A stretch of DNA of 64,000 bases. Origin: the human T2T-CHM13v2.0 reference genome, Homo sapiens. The position numbers were made by a program, and so were the translations under genes. Below are positions 57,201-64,000 of the stretch, piece by piece. How positions within the stretch are numbered: position 1 is the stretch's first letter; every line of letters begins with the position of its first letter. A model generated the notes under the pieces. The model worked only from the letters and a program-made list of their open reading frames with translations, was not told where the DNA came from and ran no database searches. The DNA lies in the NCBI RefSeq assembly GCF_009914755.1, contig NC_060947.1; one strand, 5' to 3'.

Positions 57201-58141
57201 TCAGATGCTTCTTCCTGCCTTCTTTACTTAGTGAACCACCATCTGAGATTTCTTGGAGGTAGACACGATCACATGGCTGGAATCCAAAAGGGATGGTCGA
57301 TAAGAACCGGCTTCAGTGAATGTGGATTTACATACTTTCTGGGAGCTCTGTATGTAAAGGAAATGCTTCCAGCCCTTCCTCGCTTGGCTCTTGGCATATA
57401 ACTTCTGATGGCTCTCCTGCTTTAGTAGTCACTTTTGGAGCAATGAGAGATCAGATTCCTTTAGTGGCCTGGGAATGATGTCACATGGTGTTATTGATAG
57501 AAGCCTGCAGAGCTTGGGATTCTGAGAAGCAATCTTCAGACTAGAACTTACCCCAAGAGAATGAGCAACTCTATGGTAGAGGGCGAGAGCCTCGAACAGG
57601 CCCAATAACCTCTAGTCCAAGGACTTTGGGAAGTTTTATGGTCCCTTCTAGGCCTACAGGATACAAGCACTCAGGGATAGCAGTGTTTTTGGGTAAAGAA
57701 CAGTGCGGGGCTCTGGGCTCAAATTCCTGGGGGCAAACAAATCAATTTGGCTCCCCTCAGCTCTGTGGGACTAAACTTTAAAACTGCCCCTGGGAGTGAC
57801 CTCCCCAGGATAATCTCAGGGTACTCAGTACTCACCTGAGTAGACAAGCCCCAGGAAGACCTGGATGAGTCTTTGGAAGTCATCTTTTTAGCTCAGTTTT
57901 GCCTGCTCCACCAGGATCCACACCCTTTACTATGGAAATCTGAGTACGAGTTAGGGCAGATGTCAGTGAGGAGAAGGATTGGAGCTCAGTGACCTTTCCT
58001 CAGTAGTGCTTACTTGTGAAGCCTGTGTCCTTAGGAAATTAGCGCTGCCTCTGCCAAAGTGGCTTTTTACTGTGTTATCCTTTCCCAGAGTGCACTTCCA
58101 GTCTCGTTTAGGCCAGTGTAGTTCCTGTTGAGTTAAGTGGC

Positions 58142-58582
58142 TGTGAAAAAAATGTTTTCTGAAAGGAATTCGGAGGAAAGATACCTTATTCCAGTGAACA
58201 GTTTGCGAACTCAGGAGACACAGCCTTTTGTATAAAAGGAAGTTATGTTTCAGAGAACAAAGAGAGTGTTTGGGTTTTATAGCAAAAGTTTCTGCCTGAG
58301 TTCCTAATCAGGTTTATTTATGCAAATGAAATATTGAAATGGGCTTAGTTCTAGTTGGTTGATGCAGCTAAGTTCTGATTGGTAAATACAGCTAAGCCCT
58401 AATTGGTTGGTATAGGTGAGCTCTGAAAGTCCCAAAGTTAAAGAGAGGTGGGAGTTTTTGGGAAACTCAGAGTGACCTTTAGTCAGCAAATGGCTGCCTG
58501 GCTGTATTTTAAATTTAGGCCCAGTTAGCCACTTGGGATCCATCTTGAAGGATTGACTCTTTTAGGTTCATATTTGTTCACA
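58142..58582 (-). mobile_element. ERV1 solo LTR (MER87/MER4-group-like)
   Basis: TG...CA ends; flanks agtggc / tgtggc; minus strand starts tgtgaacaaatatgaacctaaaagagtcaatccttcaagatggatccc; short CCAAT-containing internal repeats ~58340-58425. Confidence 0.75.
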
Positions 58583-58813
58583 TGTGGCTTTCTTCCTCTG
58601 ATACCTTGGTGAGCCTAATGGAGACTAAAAGCTTAGTTAACTTTGGCTTTAGGGAATGAAATTATTTCTGGCTGAGACACTAAGTAGAAGCTAAAATTGC
58701 AGAAATATCTTTATAATACTATGTGAGAGTTTACAAAAACTCTCACATACATTATTCAATTTATTAAATCTTCACACAAGCTAGTGCCTGTCCCTTAGTA
58801 ATCACATGTTTAG

Positions 58814-59132
<319 letters not shown>

Positions 59133-59139
59133 AAACGTG

Positions 59140-60940
59140 GGGATTTATTGTGCCTATTTTACAGTTTGGCGAACTGAGGTCTAAGCAGCTGAATTGAGTT
59201 TCCTAAAATTCAACTCTACAGTTAGCCAAGTATGGAGCCTACACTTGAAATTAGATCCATTTCAGGTGAACATTTACTAAGCATCTACTAAGTGACAGGT
59301 ACTTATCAGTGATGAATAAACATGTTCCTTGGTTTTGAGAGCTTATAGGCTTGTCAGAATATGAGCAAATAATTTCAACACAATATGCTAAGTGTCATGA
59401 TAGAGAACTTTGTGTGATGCCGTGGAGTCATACGGAGGGGCACCTAATCCAGTCTGATAATGTTGTGAAAGACTACCTGAAGAAGTGACACCTCAGTTAA
59501 GTTTTGAAGGTTCATTGGAGATTGGCCAAGGGTAAAGATATTCTAGGCTGAGAGATCAGCCCCAGTCAGGGCACAGAGGTGCAAACCAGTATGGTATGTT
59601 TTTAGGATTGCTGGAGTATTCCTTGCCAAGGGGAAAATGGCAGAAATGATGACTTAGAGAGGTAGGTGAGATTCAGATCATTGAGTACGTAGACTTTGCT
59701 TTGTACACCATTAGTTACTACACATTGCTGAATTATTGAAATCATCTGGGGAACAGGCATTTTCTTAGTTAGCTAGATTTGAGAGTCACATGTGGAGGCA
59801 ATGAGTGACATAGACTGCCCTGTTGCATCACTCTGGTGACAGTCTACATGGAGGCAGGTAGATTTGAAAGGGATGCTACTAGACGCCTAGAGACCATTTT
59901 GAAGGTCACTGAATTCATCTAAGAGATATGGTGGACTGTATAAGGCAGTAGCAGTGAGGACAGAGAGGAAGAGGCAGATGCAAAATGGTGAAACTCTTAC
60001 GATGTTGTGGGGAGGATTGGTGAGGGAGAGAAAAGTGTCTAAGGTAATTCTCCAGGTTTCTGGCATGGCTGTCTGAGTAGATGGTGGTATTTTTGACCAA
60101 GTTCAGGAATGAACAGTGGAGATAGAATGTACAAAAAAATTGGATAAATTCAGCTTGGAACCTGCTGAATTTGAGGTACTGTGGGACTTCCAGAGGGGAG
60201 AGCAGCTATTTTGTTCTGGAACTCAGGATGTGTCTAGGCTGGAAATACAGGTCAAGGCCTCTATGTCTGGGCAGTTTAAACCCAAGTGAATAGTAAGACA
60301 TCTCTCAGAGAGAATGTGTGGAGAGTGCATCTTCAATAATTCTACCCCCTTTCGACTTCAAAGGCTGTTCCCATGGGGAAGCAGAAGCAGCGTATTTCTC
60401 TCTCTCTCTTTTTAATGTTTGAGGCAACAAGGGATACTGAAAATGCTATAAAAGGTGGAGTTAGAAAACCTGAGTTCAAGCCCTGCTTCTGACACTTCAC
60501 CACTCTGCAACCGTCAGTAGTTCCTGAGCCTCTCTTAGCCTCCAGGTCTTCATCTGTGAAACAAGGGTAGTAGGAATAACTGCTTCACAGGATTATTAAG
60601 ATAGTCCAATGAGAATGTGTATGTGGAAAGTGCTGTGTAAAGAACCATAGAAACATCATTTTTGTTGTTGTTGTTGTTTGTTTGTTTGTTTTGTTTTTTT
60701 CCCCTAGAAACTTGGACCAATATGTAGGAATTACGGGGAGACAGATTTGGTCCAATATAAGGAAAGACTAATACTTTGACTGTTGGATGATGGGAAGAGC
60801 TTTGGGAGATGGGAAGCTCTGAGGCTCTGGATATCCTTAAGCAAAAGCCAGGTTTCTGGGCATATGCTGAGCGTTTTGTTGTCAGGGGTTGGGTCATCCT
60901 GCATGACCTCTGAGTTACCTTTCAGGCTCAGATAGAATTT
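59140..60940. mobile_element. MIR (~59140-59260), antisense L2 (~59265-60330), MIR (~60440-60660), (TTG/TTTG)n 60659-60700, MIR3-like fragment
   Basis: 'aacatttactaagcatctac' is an L2 end; 'cttcatctgtgaaacaaggg' is a MIR core. Confidence 0.6.
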
Positions 60941-61445
60941 GAGTTACTAGAACACTTATCTACCTATTTTCTGAAATTTTCTACACTAAGTAGATTTTTT
61001 AAATTGTAAAAGCAATACAAGCGCATGGTCTTTCCCTTTGACTCTCTTAAAGTACTGGGCATTTTGGATCCTAAGTGGAGACTTGGTTTATATACCCTGA
61101 ATAATGGGGCAAACTGCCTCATGTCTTACTGCATGAGGCATTTATGGACAGACATTTTCTTAATGTTCTTTAATGAGATCTCTTTAAAATAATAATTTTT
61201 TTCTTATTTTCAAGCAGAAATGATATTATAAAAAGCTAACAAAATATTGCCAAGTAGAGGTCTTGATCGAGTATACTCCAATGAGTAGGTAAAGGTCATT
61301 TGAAATCAGCACACTAATTATTTATATGCAAATGAATTTGTTAGAGAGCTTGGAAAGAGTTGTTCTCTGAACTGGGTTAAACATCCCCTAAGAGCTCATG
61401 TTTATACTCTTAATTTACTCAGAAACCTGTTGTTGCTCTTTCTTT

Positions 61446-62254
61446 TTTTTTTTTTAATTATACTTTAAGTTTTAGGGTACATGTGCACATTGTGCAGGTT
61501 AGTTACATATGTATACATGTGCCATGCTGGTGCGCTGCACCCACTAACTCGTCATCTAGCATTAGGTATATCTCCCAATGCTATCCCTCCCCCCTCCCCC
61601 AACCCCACCACAGTCCCCAGAGTGTGATATTCCCCTTCCTGTGTCCATGTGATCTCATTGTTCAATTCCCACCTATGAGTGAGAATATGCGGTGTTTGGT
61701 TTTTTGTTCTTGCGATAGTTTACTGAGAATGATGGTTTCCAATTTCATCCATGTCCCTACAAAGGACATGAACTCATCATTTCTTATGGCTGCATAGTAT
61801 TCCATGGTGTATATGTGCCACATTTTCTTAATCCAGTCTATCATTGTTGGACATTTGGGTTGGTTCCAAGTCTTTGCTATTGTGAATAATGCCTCAATAA
61901 ACATACGTGTGCATGTGTCTTTATAGCAGCATGATTTATAGTCATTTGGGTATATACCCAGTAATGGGATGGCTGGGTCAAATGGTAGACATTTATGCAG
62001 CCAAAAAACACATGAAAAAATGCTCATCATCACTGGCCATCAGAGAAATGCAAATCAAAACCACTATGAGATATCATCTCACACCAGTTAGAATGGCAAT
62101 CATTAAAAAGTCAGGAAACAACAGGTGCTGGAGAGGATGTGGAGAAATAGGAACACTTTTACACTGTTGGTGGGACTGTAAACTAGTTCAACCATTGTGG
62201 AAGTCAGTGTGGCGATTCCTCAGGGATCTAGAACTAGAAATACCATTTGACCTA
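61446..62254 (-). mobile_element. Young L1 (L1PA2-like), 5'-truncated with a twin-priming 5' inversion
   Basis: Poly(T) and antisense 3' end 61446-61987, then sense-orientation ORF2 piece 61988-62254; TSD gctctttcttt at 61435-61445 and 62255-62265; GAG (not ACA/ACG) at the 3' UTR diagnostic site. Confidence 0.93.
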
Positions 62255-63479
62255 GCTCTTTCTTTAATTGATAGAGGAAAGGTGAAATATGCCAGCCATG
62301 ACTGAGTTATCACAAATTTAGAAATGGCATGAATTGAATTTATACTTTCCTGTGTTTATTTTATTGCCAATCACTGATGTGACACACATTTGCTAAACAA
62401 GTTCTAATTTTCTGGGTAACTTTCCCTACAGAAAGCTTATTTCGCTAAATGAAAGATCTCTACTCATGCCATTTAATGAGGAATTATCTTTATGATTGTT
62501 GAGGTGTCTTCCTGGCTCTTTGAAAAAAATCACAAAAACAATAGCCCCAAATAATAGTGATTTTATACCTAGAAAATATTCTACAAGGAATAAGTTGCTG
62601 TAAACCATATAGAGGTGAACAATTTTGAAAAGTCAAGAATTTAGGAAAGTACATTCAGTCTTAATTATGGTAGAATAAAATTTCATCTTCCTGATGCTTC
62701 CATAGGCCCTTCAAGATGTTTGCAAAGCCCTTGGTCAGCTTTTGATTATTTTTTCATTGTACTGTATCTATGAAAAAGGTTGCCATTGGGAAAGCATAAG
62801 TAGGTTGTGTTTTGCAATTCCTTCTTGTGGAAGGAAATTGATAGAACCTTCTAGTTGATTTTTTGAAAAAGTAAAGATGTTTAAATACTCTTGCCTTCCC
62901 TACCTTACTCCACACTTCTGGTTCTCATCTACAAGAACTAGTGCACCAAGGGAGAGAGTACTCCAGCTGTGGCGTCCTGGACTTTGAATCCTGGGATGAG
63001 GGGGCAGGTAGGGTAGAGGATTCAAGAACAGAGGAATTATGGAGGGATGGAAGCTGGGAGGGAGGAAGAAAGAGTAAGAATCTAAAAATGAACCAAGGGA
63101 GGAGCCAAAGAGTGTTGGTCTTGAGCCAGATCACAGGCAGTTGGGTCAGGGTTAGAGGTAACAGTTGTAAGGAACAAGTCTAAGCCAGCCAAACCCTGGT
63201 TGAGCCATGGTGTCCGACCTTGTGGGGGACCCCTCAGTATCTTTCTTAATGCAACACATTGTTAAACTTTGGTCTGACCCCAGGGAGAGGCTGAGCAGCT
63301 CAGTAAGCAGGCCATTCTTTAAAAGCCTGAGTGTCTATTCACTGACAACCCTGTGGATCTTTCTTTGTATCAGTAAATTACCCTATACAACTCATGTCCA
63401 GACATTTTATAGCAGTCTCACTTTTGGTGGGGGTGATATAGTGTGCTGGGAAGAGCTCTCCATGGAGATTTGTGGGAGA

Positions 63480-63640
63480 GGGGGCAAGAGGCTTGGGTTT
63501 TAGCCAGTGCTCTGCCACTAATTGGCCATGAAACATTAGGCAAGTCATCTAAATGTTTGGTGCCTCAGTTTCCCCATATATACAATGAGGATCAAGGAGG
63601 CACAGATGTATAGTTCATCTATCAGTTGTGAGTTCTAAAG
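63480..63640 (+). mobile_element. MIR fragment
   Basis: 'ctctgccactaattggccatg...ggcaagtcatct...gcctcagtttccccatatatacaatgagg'. Confidence 0.75.
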
Positions 63641-64000
63641 CATAGAAAAGAATTCTGTGGCTTTGGCATTTGGCTTTTTTGACTTGAGAAAAATAAATAT
63701 ACCCTAAGCACTACATTTGAGTTGAACCTATGAAAACCCTGAGAGTCAAAACTAAACTATAAATAGTAAAATCCTTTCCCCAGCTTCTTCGTTAGAGCCA
63801 GGAGTGTTGAAGACAGTCAACTTTTTAGCATTTGTGGAAATGGCAGGAAGCAAATTGAATAGGGTTGAACAGTTGTGCTCCTTGACCTCTGAGATGCAAT
63901 ATCTTACATACCAGTACTAAACCAGAGGTTCACTGTGTTCCAGGGACTCTGATGGAGTTGATAGACCCCCTAGTGACGCACATACCACCAGCAAGCTGGG

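Overview
Primate (human-like) repeat-rich genomic DNA, recognised from its proteins as the Xq28 HSFX/EOLA amplicon, most likely the HSFX4 / EOLA2 (CXorf40B) / EOLA2-DT copy. The paralog assignment is from memory and could instead be the HSFX3/EOLA1 copy. Two spliced protein-coding genes lie tail-to-tail: HSFX4-like (+, 2 exons, 333 aa, HSF DNA-binding domain) and EOLA2-like (-, 2 coding exons, 158 aa, ASCH domain). A CpG-island bidirectional promoter at about 25.5-26.4 kb is followed by a 1.9 kb G-rich repeat and a 1 kb polypurine tract inside a divergent lncRNA. The rest is mostly L1, Alu, L2, MIR and LTR elements, several with readable target-site duplications (TSDs). I see no clearly new biological system. 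The best leads are: a long near-perfect hairpin in the HSFX intron; an apparent premature stop hiding a CxxC tail; candidate alternative EOLA last exons, one encoded antisense to the HSFX DNA-binding domain; two ~130-bp inverted-repeat pairs bracketing the gene block; a triplicated HRE/XRE motif in the promoter; and a switch-region-like AGCT repeat. Repeat boundaries without a stated TSD are approximate, and repeat subfamily names are from recall, not a search.
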